Assembly: GCF_008065095.1 (NCBI RefSeq)
Contig: NZ_CP042911.1
Coordinates: 7,260,001-7,292,000, forward strand
Direction of reading: 5' to 3'
Length of the DNA stretch: 32,000 nt
Source: Gemmata obscuriglobus
GTDB taxonomy: Bacteria; Planctomycetota; Planctomycetia; Gemmatales; Gemmataceae
Positions 1-9,134 of this stretch are shown here, piece after piece. How positions within the stretch are numbered: the first letter of the stretch is position 1; every line of letters starts with the position of its first letter. The translations under genes were made by a program, and so were the position numbers. The notes under the pieces are model-generated. The model saw nothing but the letters and a program-made list of their open reading frames with translations. It ran no database searches and was not told the origin of the DNA.

Positions 1-94
1 CCAGGACGCCCCACAGCACGGGCACGGTGGGGTCCGGGTGGTGATGCGCGGGGCCCGGATCGTGGGCCGCACCCGGGGTGACGGTCGTACTCAC
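1..94 (-). CDS. actD: Alternative Complex III subunit ActD-like (DUF3341), N-terminal fragment running off the window
   Basis: On the minus strand a GTG at 94..92 overlaps the actC stop (GTGA overlap). It opens a frame reading VSTTVTPGAAHDPGPAHHHPDPTVPVLWGVL that continues past position 1. The position directly after actC matches the canonical actABCD order. Only about 31 codons are visible, so identity rests mainly on synteny. Confidence 0.5.
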   Translation of the reverse strand, partial: MSTTVTPGAAHDPGPAHHHPDPTVPVLWGVL

Positions 95-1530
95 GGCGCG
101 TTCTCCATGATCGAGTGGCCGCCGCCGCCGCCCTGCTTCTTGGGCAGGAGCTCGCGCATCTCGGTGATCGAGATCATCGGCAGGTATCGGAGGAACAAGA
201 AGAACAGGAACAGGAACAGGCCCACGGAGCCGATCATGGTCGCGTAGTCCCAGACCGTCGGGGCGTACTGGCCCCACGCGCTCGGCAGGTACTCGCGGGT
301 CAGCGTGATCACGATCACGTACCGCTCGAACCACATCCCGATGAGCACGCAGACGCAGTTGACCTCGAGCCAGAACGCGCTGCGGCGCACCCGCTTGGAC
401 CACAGCAGCGTCAGCGGGATCACGCAGTTGAACCCGATCAGGCACCAGTACGACCAGCCGTACCGGCCGAACACCCGCTCCAGGGTGGTGCCCCACTCGT
501 AGAGGCTGTGGCCGTACCAGGCCATCCAGATCTCGGAGAAGTAGCCGTAGGTGACCAGGAACCCGGTCGCCAGCATCACCTTGCCGCAGATGTCCAGGTG
601 GTGGTCGGTGAAGAAGTCCTCGAGCTTGTACCACTTGCGGACCGGGATGGCGATCGCCACCACCATCGCGAAGCCCGAGTAGATGGCCCCGGCGACGAAG
701 AACGGCGGGAAGATCGTGGCGTGCCACAGCGGCACGATCGACACGGCGAAGTCGAAGGACACCACCGTGTGCACCGAGAGCACCAGCGGCGTGCTGATGC
801 CGCCGAGGATCAGGTAGACCTTTTCGTACCGCCGCCAGTGGATGGCCGAGCCGCGCCAGCCGAGGGCCAGCAGGCCGTACACGACCCGCTGCCACCGCTT
901 CTTGGCGTCGTCGCGGAGCGCCGCGAGGTCCGGCACCAGCCCGAGGTACCAGAACACCAGCGACACGGTGAAGTACGTGGTGACCGCGTACACGTCCCAC
1001 GCCAGCGGGCTGCGGAACTGCGGGTACACGCCGGCCACGTTCGGGAACGGGTACATCCAGTAGGCGAACCACGGGCGGCCCATGTGGATCAGCGGGAACA
1101 CGCCCGCGCACATGACCGCGAAGATGGTCATCGCCTCGGAGAACCGGTTGATGCTCGTGCGCCACTTCTGGTGCAGCAGCAGCAGCACGGCGGAGATCAG
1201 CGTGCCGGCGTGGCCGATGCCGATCCACCACACGAAGTTGACGATCGCGAAGCCCCAGGCGGTCGGGACGTTCAGGCCCCAGACCCCCGTGCCCCAGTAA
1301 AAGAGCCAGGCCACCGCGACGGCCAGGATCTGGAGCATCGCGAAGCCGGCCAGGAACCCGATCCACCAGCCCCGCGGGTGCTGGCCGTCGAGGACCACGC
1401 TGCCGATCGCGTTGCCGACCGAGACCAGCCCGTGCGGCTTCTGGTCGTACACGCTCTTGACGAGCGCGTGCATCTCGGGCTCGAGCGGCAACTCGGTCGA
1501 GCGCGCGGGAGGATGTTCCGCTGTCGCCAC
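91..1530 (-). CDS. actC: Alternative Complex III subunit ActC (NrfD/PsrC-type polytopic quinol-interacting membrane subunit)
   Basis: The 479-aa ORF is very hydrophobic with about 10 predicted TM segments and many Trp/Tyr/Phe residues. It resembles NrfD/polysulfide-reductase membrane subunits. It starts 2 nt after the actB stop and sits inside the actA-actB-actC-actD order. Confidence 0.85.
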   Translation of the reverse strand: MATAEHPPARSTELPLEPEMHALVKSVYDQKPHGLVSVGNAIGSVVLDGQHPRGWWIGFLAGFAMLQILAVAVAWLFYWGTGVWGLNVPTAWGFAIVNFVWWIGIGHAGTLISAVLLLLHQKWRTSINRFSEAMTIFAVMCAGVFPLIHMGRPWFAYWMYPFPNVAGVYPQFRSPLAWDVYAVTTYFTVSLVFWYLGLVPDLAALRDDAKKRWQRVVYGLLALGWRGSAIHWRRYEKVYLILGGISTPLVLSVHTVVSFDFAVSIVPLWHATIFPPFFVAGAIYSGFAMVVAIAIPVRKWYKLEDFFTDHHLDICGKVMLATGFLVTYGYFSEIWMAWYGHSLYEWGTTLERVFGRYGWSYWCLIGFNCVIPLTLLWSKRVRRSAFWLEVNCVCVLIGMWFERYVIVITLTREYLPSAWGQYAPTVWDYATMIGSVGLFLFLFFLFLRYLPMISITEMRELLPKKQGGGGGHSIMENAP

Positions 1531-1531
1531 G

Positions 1532-4500
1532 TCAGTTCCCCTTCGGCATTGCGGGGTTCGGGTTACGGATCGCGGCCATGTGCGTGAGCCGCGGACGGGT
1601 GTTGATCTCGGCCAGCAGCCCGTAGTTGGCGGGCTCGTTCTTCCACTTCGAGACGGCGCTCTCGGCGTCGTTGAGGTCGCCGAACACGATCGCCCCGGAC
1701 GGGCACGCCGACTGGCACGCGGTCAGGATCTCGCCGTCGCGGATCTGCCGGAACTCGCGCTCCGCGACGATCTCGGCCCCGCGGATCCGCTGCACGCAGA
1801 ACGTGCACTTCTCCATCACCCCGCGGCTCCGCACCGACACGTCCGGGTTGCGCCCGAGCTTCAGGGTGTCCGTGGCCCAGTCCTGGAACGTGAGGAAGTT
1901 GAACCGCCGCACCTTGTACGGGCAGTTGTTCGAGCAGTACCGGGTGCCGACGCAGCGGTTGTACGCCATGTCGTTGAGCCCGTCGCTGCTGTGGACCGTG
2001 GCGCCGACCGGGCACACGATCTCGCACGGGGCGTTCTCGCACTGCACGCACATGACCGGCTGGAAGTACGTGCGGATGGCCGCGGCGTCCTTCGCGGACG
2101 CGTCCTTCATGTCCGGCGTGGTGGTGGTCTCGTAGTACCGGTCGATGCGGATCCAGTGCATCTCCCGGCCCTTGGTGACCTGGTTCTTGCCGACCACCGG
2201 GATGTTGTTCTCGCCGATGCAGGCGACCACGCACGCCCCGCACCCGGTGCAGGCGCTCAGGTCGATCGCCATGCCCCAGCGGCGGCGCTGGGCCTCCTTC
2301 AGGTCCGGCGTCAGCCCCTCGGCCGGCTTGTACATGTTCAGCGGGTGCAGCCGCCCGTCGTGCGGGTGGTGCGACTTCACCGGGTCCTTGGAGGGGTCCT
2401 TCGCCTTCGGGAGCGGCAGGTTCAGGTTGATCTCTTCGGTCTCGCCGGCCGCCATCGGCGGGATCTTCGCGAAGGCCGGGTTCTTCTTGTACTCTTCGAC
2501 CGTGCCCTTGCGGACGGGCTTGCGGTCGAGGACCTTGCCGGAAACCGGGTCCTTTTCCGCCATCGACCAGTGGCCCTGGGTGCAGGCCAGCAGGTACGTG
2601 GCGGCGGTCTTCGTGACCTTCGCGCTAGCGGTCCAGAGGGCGGCCGAGGTGCGGACCGGGTAGGCGTCGAACCCGGCGACGGGCTTGCCGTCGACGTTCA
2701 CCTCTTTGCCCCAGCCCATGATCGCGGCGTCGGTGTAGACGCCGGCGACGCTGCCCGCCCGGGCGCCGTCGCGGCCGTGCCCGAGGTGGATCGTGACCGA
2801 GTCGTCCACGTGCCCGGGGAGGATCCACACCGGGGCCTTGATCTTCCGGCCGGCCACCTCGATCTCGACGACGTTCACCTCGGCCCGGCCGTGCTCGCCG
2901 GCGGTCCAGTGGAACGAGGTCGAGACGCCGAGCTTGTCGGCGGTCTTCGGGCTCAGGAACGCCGCGTTGTCCCACGAGATTTTCGTGAGCGGCTTGGGCA
3001 GTTCCTGGAGCCAGCCGTTGTTGGCGAACCGCCCGTCGTGCAGCGACGGGCACGCCCGGATGTTCAGCTCGTAGTCGCCGCCGGCGGGGGCCGGGGCGGC
3101 GGCCCCGGCGGCCCAGTCGGCGGTCAGCTTCGCGGCCACCGGGGCGGGGGCCGAGCCCGCGACCACCCCGGACCGGACGGACTGCTGCCAGAACACCTCG
3201 AAGCCGCCCGGCGCGGCCCCCTTGTTCTTCTCGTCGTACCACGCCCGCCAGGTGGCCCGAACCACCTCGTAGGGGTCCTGCGTTGCGGCCGAGACGCGGG
3301 CGCCGAGCTTGGCGTCCCCGTCGGCGGCGCTGGGGACGATCGCGCCGAAGAACTCGATCACGCCCTTGCCGCCGTGCAGCGGCGCGATCAGCGGCTGCTG
3401 GACCGCGACCGTCCCGTCGTGGCCGCGGATGTCGCCCCACGCTTCGAGGTAGTGCGCCTCGTTGATGTGCCACTGGCACAATACGCCGGTCTCGTCCTGG
3501 CGCTGGCCGAGGTGCAGGGTCAGTTTCGCAGCGTCCTCGCCGGCCGCCTTCAGCGCGGCCGCGAAGTCGAAGTCCGCCGGGGCCGTGTGCGCCGGGTTCA
3601 CGGCGCCGACGACGAGCAGCGCGTCGAACGCCTTGTCGGCCAACTCTTTGGTGAGCGTCTTGAGGTCGCTCATTTTGCCCGCGACGGTCACTTCCGGCGT
3701 CGGGATCAGCTTCACCGTCTGACCGATGTTGCCGAGGTGCTGGTTGATCGCGAACGCCAGGGCGTGGACCGAAGCCGGCGCGTGCTCGCCGACCACCACC
3801 ACGCTCTTCCCGGTCTTGGCCTTCAGGTCGGCGGCCAGCGGCTTGATCCAGTCCTTCGCGAGCTTCGCGTCGGCCGGCAGCGCCCCCGCAGGAGCGCCGG
3901 GCACGCCGAGTTCCTTGGCCAACTCGCGGGCGAACGCTTCGAGCTGCGACGCCTTGAGGGGCAGCCGGTGGTCCGAGACGGCCCCGGCGTTGGTCGGCAT
4001 GCTCTCGACGACGTACAGCCGGTTCAGCGCGCCGGGCTGCACCCCTTCGGGTGCACGCTTGCCGGCGGCGATGTCTTCAAGGCTCTTGCCGTCCTGGCGG
4101 ACCTTGCGGCGGTCCGCGAAGTCGCGGCTGTACCGAACGTGCCCCGGCCCGTCGGACAGGAAATCGGAGTCGAGCGACAGGACGACGTCGGCCTTGGCGA
4201 AGTCATACGTCGCGGCCAGGGCGGTGTTGTTCGGGGTGCCGAACGCCTTCGCGCTGCCGGCCTTGGCGTTCTCGCTGCCGACCGCGTCGTACTGCACCCA
4301 GCGGGCCGCCGGGAACGTGCTCAGCAGGCTGCCGATGAGCCGCCCCAGGGTCGGCGACGTGACCGTTTCGGTGAGGATGCGGAGCTTGAGGCCGGCGTTC
4401 GCGGTCCCGTTCGGGTACAGCTTCGCGCGGAGCGCGGCGAGCGCCTCGTCGTAGCCGGCGGGGACGCCGCGGCGGGTGACCCCGCGGGAGCGATCCGGGT

Positions 4501-4948
4501 CGTACAGGTCGAGCACCGAGGCGAGCGTGTGGATGCTCGCGCCGCCGAGGCTCGACGGGTGCTCCGGGTTCCCCTCGACCTTGGTCGGCCGGCCCTCGTT
4601 GCTGCGGACCAGCACGCCCTGGCCGTAACCGCCCAGCGACGCCGCGCTGGCGAAGTACAGCGGCAGCCCGGGGGTGAGTTCGTCCGGTTGCGTGGTGTAC
4701 GGCACGATCTTGCGCTGGGCCGCCGGGCGCAGGTTGCACCCGGCGCCGGTGGCGAGCGCCACAGACGCGCCCATCAGCGCCATGAACCGGCGCCGGCTCG
4801 GCTCGTCGGCGAGTTCGGTCGCCCCCTCGGGGAACTCGTTCATCGCCGCGGCCAGGAACTCCGGCGAGGCCGCGAGTTCGTCCATTCCGCGCCACATCGT
4901 CGGCGCGGCCGGCCGGCCCGCGGGCGTTTCCGTGCTGTCGGGTTTCAT
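1532..4948 (-). CDS. actB: Alternative Complex III subunit ActB (fused molybdopterin-oxidoreductase-like domain plus 4Fe-4S ferredoxin domain), Tat-exported
   Basis: The 1138-aa ORF has a twin-arginine signal, SRRRFMALMGASVALATGAGC. The C-terminal half carries several Cys clusters: CTGCGACVVACIGENN, CVQCENAPCEIVCPVGA, CVGTRYCSNNCPYKVRRFN, CTFC and ACQSACPSGAIVFG. Size and the B1-B2 fusion are typical of ActB. Confidence 0.9.
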   Translation of the reverse strand: MKPDSTETPAGRPAAPTMWRGMDELAASPEFLAAAMNEFPEGATELADEPSRRRFMALMGASVALATGAGCNLRPAAQRKIVPYTTQPDELTPGLPLYFASAASLGGYGQGVLVRSNEGRPTKVEGNPEHPSSLGGASIHTLASVLDLYDPDRSRGVTRRGVPAGYDEALAALRAKLYPNGTANAGLKLRILTETVTSPTLGRLIGSLLSTFPAARWVQYDAVGSENAKAGSAKAFGTPNNTALAATYDFAKADVVLSLDSDFLSDGPGHVRYSRDFADRRKVRQDGKSLEDIAAGKRAPEGVQPGALNRLYVVESMPTNAGAVSDHRLPLKASQLEAFARELAKELGVPGAPAGALPADAKLAKDWIKPLAADLKAKTGKSVVVVGEHAPASVHALAFAINQHLGNIGQTVKLIPTPEVTVAGKMSDLKTLTKELADKAFDALLVVGAVNPAHTAPADFDFAAALKAAGEDAAKLTLHLGQRQDETGVLCQWHINEAHYLEAWGDIRGHDGTVAVQQPLIAPLHGGKGVIEFFGAIVPSAADGDAKLGARVSAATQDPYEVVRATWRAWYDEKNKGAAPGGFEVFWQQSVRSGVVAGSAPAPVAAKLTADWAAGAAAPAPAGGDYELNIRACPSLHDGRFANNGWLQELPKPLTKISWDNAAFLSPKTADKLGVSTSFHWTAGEHGRAEVNVVEIEVAGRKIKAPVWILPGHVDDSVTIHLGHGRDGARAGSVAGVYTDAAIMGWGKEVNVDGKPVAGFDAYPVRTSAALWTASAKVTKTAATYLLACTQGHWSMAEKDPVSGKVLDRKPVRKGTVEEYKKNPAFAKIPPMAAGETEEINLNLPLPKAKDPSKDPVKSHHPHDGRLHPLNMYKPAEGLTPDLKEAQRRRWGMAIDLSACTGCGACVVACIGENNIPVVGKNQVTKGREMHWIRIDRYYETTTTPDMKDASAKDAAAIRTYFQPVMCVQCENAPCEIVCPVGATVHSSDGLNDMAYNRCVGTRYCSNNCPYKVRRFNFLTFQDWATDTLKLGRNPDVSVRSRGVMEKCTFCVQRIRGAEIVAEREFRQIRDGEILTACQSACPSGAIVFGDLNDAESAVSKWKNEPANYGLLAEINTRPRLTHMAAIRNPNPAMPKGN

Positions 4949-5077
4949 GCTACCCTCAGGTCGAGTCTTGCGCGTCGCCGCCGTTCTCGTCTCGTCGGGC
5001 GGGGCGTTCCCCGGTCCCGGCTTTTACACAACCCCTGCCGGTCGCTGGTCCGCGCCGGCCGCGCCCGCTGGGCGAGA

Positions 5078-5815
5078 TTACCGGTGGCACATCGAGCAGT
5101 TGGTGAGCGTGACGGCGTCCCGCACGTGGTACTGCTCCTTCAGGAACAGCCCCATTTCCTTTTGCGTGGTGGGGCGCTGCTTGCCGACGTGCTCGGCGGC
5201 CGCCGGGCTGTTGGGCGGGAAGTCCTCGGCGGTCCACACCGCCGGCTTCGACACGTCGTAGGTCATGGAGAACACTTCGGACTTGGGCCGCAGGTTCTTC
5301 TCGGGGGTGCGGTGGCACGCGATGCACCACTCCATTAGCAGGGTGCTCTCCTGCTTGGTCAGGTTCTGCTGGTCCAACCGGCCGTGGCACGACTGGCACC
5401 CGACGCCCTTTGCGACGTGGATCGAGTGGTTGAAGTACGCATAGTGCGGCAGGTTGTGGACCCGCAGCCACTCGATCGGCTTGTCTTCCTTGTAGCTGTT
5501 GCGGACCGGGGCCAGCAGGTCCGCCCCCTGCCAGATCTGCTGGTGGCAGTTCATGCAGGTCTTGGTGGGCGGCACGTTGGCGAACCCGGCCTTCTCGACC
5601 GACGTGTGGCAGTACACGCAGTGGATGCCGAGCTGACCGACGTGGTGCGCGTGGCTGAACGCGACCGGCTGGGGCCGGATCTCTTCGACCCCGGTCGCGT
5701 ACTGAGACCGGTAGAACGCGGCCCCGCCGACGCCCGTGCCGCCGGCCAGCAGCGGCAGGCCCAGGACGAGCATCTTGGCGATCGGGTTCAGCGCCTTGGG
5801 AAAGATCTGGGGCAT
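5078..5815 (-). CDS. actA: Alternative Complex III subunit ActA, membrane-anchored pentaheme cytochrome c
   Basis: The 245-aa ORF has an N-terminal hydrophobic anchor (MLVLGLPLLAGG). It contains exactly five CxxCH motifs: CVYCH, CMNCH, CQSCH, CIACH and CSMCH. It lies immediately upstream of actB. Confidence 0.85.
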   Translation of the reverse strand: MPQIFPKALNPIAKMLVLGLPLLAGGTGVGGAAFYRSQYATGVEEIRPQPVAFSHAHHVGQLGIHCVYCHTSVEKAGFANVPPTKTCMNCHQQIWQGADLLAPVRNSYKEDKPIEWLRVHNLPHYAYFNHSIHVAKGVGCQSCHGRLDQQNLTKQESTLLMEWCIACHRTPEKNLRPKSEVFSMTYDVSKPAVWTAEDFPPNSPAAAEHVGKQRPTTQKEMGLFLKEQYHVRDAVTLTNCSMCHR

Positions 5816-5889
5816 TGCGAACCGCCTTCCGCGTACTGGCCTTCACGGACCAAGGGAACCGTCACCACACACCGCGGGCCGGAGCCCGC

Positions 5890-6222
5890 TCACCACGGCA
5901 GTTGCGGGAGCTGGTCCCACTGTACATACCGCAGAACCTGGTTAAGCGTCACCGTGATACTGAGGCTGGTCGCACACAAAAGCGTGCCGACCATGGCGTA
6001 GTTCTCGCCGCGGAGGCCGCCCTTCACCCCGCGGGCGAGTGAGATCAGCCCGAGGGTCAGCCCGACCGACGAGAGAATCGAGGTCATCGGCGTCCAAAAG
6101 AAGATGCACGCCGAGAAGAACCCGAGTCCGACCGACGCGCCGGCGAGGCCGCGGGCGATGTACGAATCGTTCGGCGACCGTTTACCGGTGACGGCTGCCT
6201 GTGCTGCCGGGGGGTGATCCAT
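5890..6222 (-). CDS. small integral membrane protein, DUF4190-like
   Basis: The ORF spans 5890..6297. The preferred start is the internal Met (MDHPPAAQ) at 6222, giving about 110 aa. It has two or three hydrophobic segments plus the pattern SVGLTLGLISLARG...G.NYAMVGTLLCATSL, which resembles DUF4190 proteins. It is co-directional with and upstream of actA. Function is unknown. Confidence 0.5.
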   Translation of the reverse strand: MDHPPAAQAAVTGKRSPNDSYIARGLAGASVGLGFFSACIFFWTPMTSILSSVGLTLGLISLARGVKGGLRGENYAMVGTLLCATSLSITVTLNQVLRYVQWDQLPQLPW

Positions 6223-7514
6223 AATCGACCTCCGACCTGGGGACTTGTGCCGAGCAATAAACGGCTCATCGCCGCATGTGGCGTAAACAACCGGCACACG
6301 ACACCCGCGGTGAGCGGAAGCCGAACGGGGCGTTACGCCTGCGCATCGGGCTAGCGAGTCGGGGACGGGAACTCGCGTTCTCGTCCAGGTACAGCGACGG
6401 AAAAGGTGAATGTGTCCACTTGCCCGCCGCGGTATCTGTGAATTACGACCGGGCAGTAGGAGTGTCCACCTACTTTGCCGCTCAGTTCACAAAGTCGAGA
6501 TAGTAAGCGGCCAATCTTAGGCCGCAACAAGAAAATTAATAAAAATCACGAAATCGTCAGTCACTCAATTTCGCGCAGACGTGCCGGCTCAGTGCGTTGA
6601 ATTGGCACATGAAATGCTTTTTTTTTGCTCCGAGCGTATTTTTTTCAGTAGCAGGAGCTTTGACGTGGCGCGTAAACACAGTGAGAGCGACCAGCCTCAA
6701 ACTGACGGGTCGGTTCGCTCCTTCAAACGCGAGAAACCGCAAGGTTTTGCAGGAAAACAGGCCGTGGCTGACGTGCGAAAAGACCTGCCGAAAGTGACCA
6801 CGCGAGCCAAAGCCGAGCGTTCCTGAACGCAGAACCGATGTCGCGCGAATCGCGCCCAAGCACTCATCTGCGCACCCGGTTTCTCTCTTTCCACACGCCG
6901 ACGCACTGCACCCAGAGCAACGAGGTGTGGTGCGTTTGCATTTTCGGATTTAGGGTAGTGGACGAGTCGGAGCCGCGGGGTTCGCGCACCACAAGATTGC
7001 GAGCAGGGAAGAGATCTGACCCCGATTGTGGCCTCATCTGCTGTGTCAACGCGGTTGCGGATCATTTGCAAACGGACGAATGAAAGTAGTTTGCCGCGTC
7101 GCACTTCCTCAATAATCCTTCAACCAATTGCAACCAGATCGCATTAACGCACCCGACAACATCTCAATTAATCGCCTTAACAGCATCACATTCATCAAAT
7201 ATTGAAGCGACAAGGGATTCGGATCGCGTTCCGTCGGCATTTTAAGGGCGAGCGTGGAGGTCACAGCCTCACTGCTCCGGCGACACCCGAGTTGCGGGAC
7301 GAATGGCACCGCCCCGGCCGGGCGGCGGTTGGCGTTGGATCGGGGGGCGTAAGGCGGTACCCTGCGTAGGATAAGTTCAGTGCATTGCGTGAATCCGGCC
7401 GGTGTTCGGCTCCGGCGCCGCGGGTTTGGACCCGCGGCGCGCCGTAGGAACCCGCGCACGCGCAAGGAGTTCGGGCGGAGCGGCGCTCGAGGAACGTAGC
7501 CAGGAGGGTGTACG

Positions 7515-9134
7515 ATGCGACGGTGGCCGCTGGTCGCGGGCGCGCTGGTGCTCGGGGCGGTCGGTGCCTGGGCGCTGGGGCGGTCCGGGTGGTTCGGGGC
7601 GACGGCCGCGGAACCGCGCCCGGTGCCCGACGGGGATCTCGAAATCGCCTGGCTCCACGTCCCCACGTCCACCGACACGTGGGAGAACTTCGTTTGGGGC
7701 ATGAAGCGTGCGGAGATGAGCACGCTGCCGACCGGGCTGAAGGTGGACGACCGGCAGGCGTTCCCGACCCGCACCACCGCGGTCCCCGAGATCGTGCTCT
7801 CCCGCGACGGGTTCGCGGGCAAGGTCCACGTCCGCTGGTACAAGATCACCAACGACGCCTCCTACACGACGTGGGCGCAGGCGCTGGCCGCGCGGGCGCC
7901 GGCGCCGGTCGCGGTTATTGGCGGGTGGTCGAGCGACCGCGCGCGCGAACTCGCCGAGGCCCTGAACGGCGCCCCCTGGCCCGGGCAGAAGCCGCTCCTC
8001 CTGCTCGCCACCGCGACCGCGGACGCGGTGTACCCGGACGAAGACAACTACGCGGTCGACTACCAGCCGCCCAAGCTCATCGACCTGTACGACCGGTCGT
8101 TCCGGTTCTGCTTCACGAACAAGCAGATGGCCGGCGCGATCACGGACTTCGTGTTCGCCGACCCGACCCTGCGCCCGGGGCCGGCGGTGTGGCCCGAGTT
8201 GCGGGCGCTCGCGGCGGCGGCCGGCGACACGTGGGCGTTCCCGTGGCTCGCGGACCGGGCCGCCGGACCGCAGCGGATGCAGGCGTTCGCGGTCGCCTGG
8301 AAGGACGACCCGTACTCGCTCGACCTGGCCCAGCAGTTCCGCGAGGCCATCGCGGAGCGCGGCGCGGCCTCGCGGCGGGTGCGGCTGAGCGTCGAGGCGA
8401 GCTTCGTGCCGTTCAGCACCGGGCGGTTCGCGCGCCCCAACCCGTACGAGGCGCGCATCGTCGACGACATCCTCGCCCACCCCGGGTTCCCCAAGCGGGG
8501 CGAGCGCTCGGTGCTGGTGCTGCCGACGGTCACCGCCCCGGCCCGGCGGGTGCTGAGCGCGCTGGCGCAGGGCAACCCGGGCGTGGCCCGCCGGCTGGTG
8601 GCCGTCACCGGGGACGGCATCCCGGTGAACGCGCTGTTCCGGGACGGGGAGTTCGCGTGGCCGGTGCGGGCGCTGCCGATCCCGCTGGTGCTGTTCACGC
8701 ACACCGACCCGCTCGACTTCGACGAGCCCGGCGGCCCGGCCCCGCCCGCGGGCTACGAACTCACCCCGCCGCCGCGCCCGGGAGTGGGGAAGCACACCAC
8801 CGAGGACATCCGGCTGTTCTCGGTCCTCATTCGCGTGTTCGCGGCCGGGGCGTACCCGGACGGCGCCGGCCGCATCGTGGACGGCGCCGACCAGCTCGCA
8901 GAGCGGCTGCGCGGGTTCTCGCCGGCGTTCTTCGACCCGTCCGGGAACCGGATCAGCGGGTCCGGGGAGCACATCGTGGTGCTCCGCCCGACGCCGCGCG
9001 TCGAGGGGGTCGTGGCGTACCCCGACGCGGAACTGGAGGTGTGGACCCGCAGGCGCGGGAAGGGCTGGGACCGCATCCGCAAGCGGGCCGTGGTGCAGAC
9101 CGTGCGGCCGAGCGATTTGGGGGGCGGCGAATGA
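7515..9134 (+). CDS. membrane-anchored or secreted periplasmic-binding-protein type-1-like (LivK/ANF-receptor-like) ligand-binding protein
   Basis: The 539-aa ORF has a GGAGG Shine-Dalgarno at 7503..7507, 7 nt before the ATG. The N-terminal hydrophobic segment is WPLVAGALVLGAVGAWALG. PBP1-like blocks include VAVIGGWSSDRARELAEAL, RSFRFCFTNKQMAGAITDFV and LVAVTGDGIPVN. The stop overlaps the start of the downstream kinase (ATGA). Confidence 0.6.
   Translation: MRRWPLVAGALVLGAVGAWALGRSGWFGATAAEPRPVPDGDLEIAWLHVPTSTDTWENFVWGMKRAEMSTLPTGLKVDDRQAFPTRTTAVPEIVLSRDGFAGKVHVRWYKITNDASYTTWAQALAARAPAPVAVIGGWSSDRARELAEALNGAPWPGQKPLLLLATATADAVYPDEDNYAVDYQPPKLIDLYDRSFRFCFTNKQMAGAITDFVFADPTLRPGPAVWPELRALAAAAGDTWAFPWLADRAAGPQRMQAFAVAWKDDPYSLDLAQQFREAIAERGAASRRVRLSVEASFVPFSTGRFARPNPYEARIVDDILAHPGFPKRGERSVLVLPTVTAPARRVLSALAQGNPGVARRLVAVTGDGIPVNALFRDGEFAWPVRALPIPLVLFTHTDPLDFDEPGGPAPPAGYELTPPPRPGVGKHTTEDIRLFSVLIRVFAAGAYPDGAGRIVDGADQLAERLRGFSPAFFDPSGNRISGSGEHIVVLRPTPRVEGVVAYPDAELEVWTRRRGKGWDRIRKRAVVQTVRPSDLGGGE

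Noticed and set aside
1412-5338. 1308-aa plus-strand ORF, plus 115..1587 + and other long ORFs, antisense to actB/actC
   Set aside because: The translation is Arg/Gly/Ala/Pro/Val-dominated low-complexity sequence, typical of antisense frames in about 70% GC DNA. The opposite strand encodes proteins with clear ActB/ActC motifs.
6700-6995. tRNA-like T-arm candidates (GGTTCGCTCC at about 6709, GGTTCGCGCACC at about 6979) in the low-GC island
   Set aside because: The T-loop position equivalent to A58 is C in both. No acceptor or anticodon stem pairing could be built around them.
7109-7852. 247-aa minus-strand ORF and other 60-135-aa ORFs inside the 6.3-7.5 kb island
   Set aside because: They have no recognisable motifs and implausible composition. 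They overlap the PBP-like gene start and RBS, and I see no supporting RBS. They are treated as non-coding pending transcript or homology evidence.
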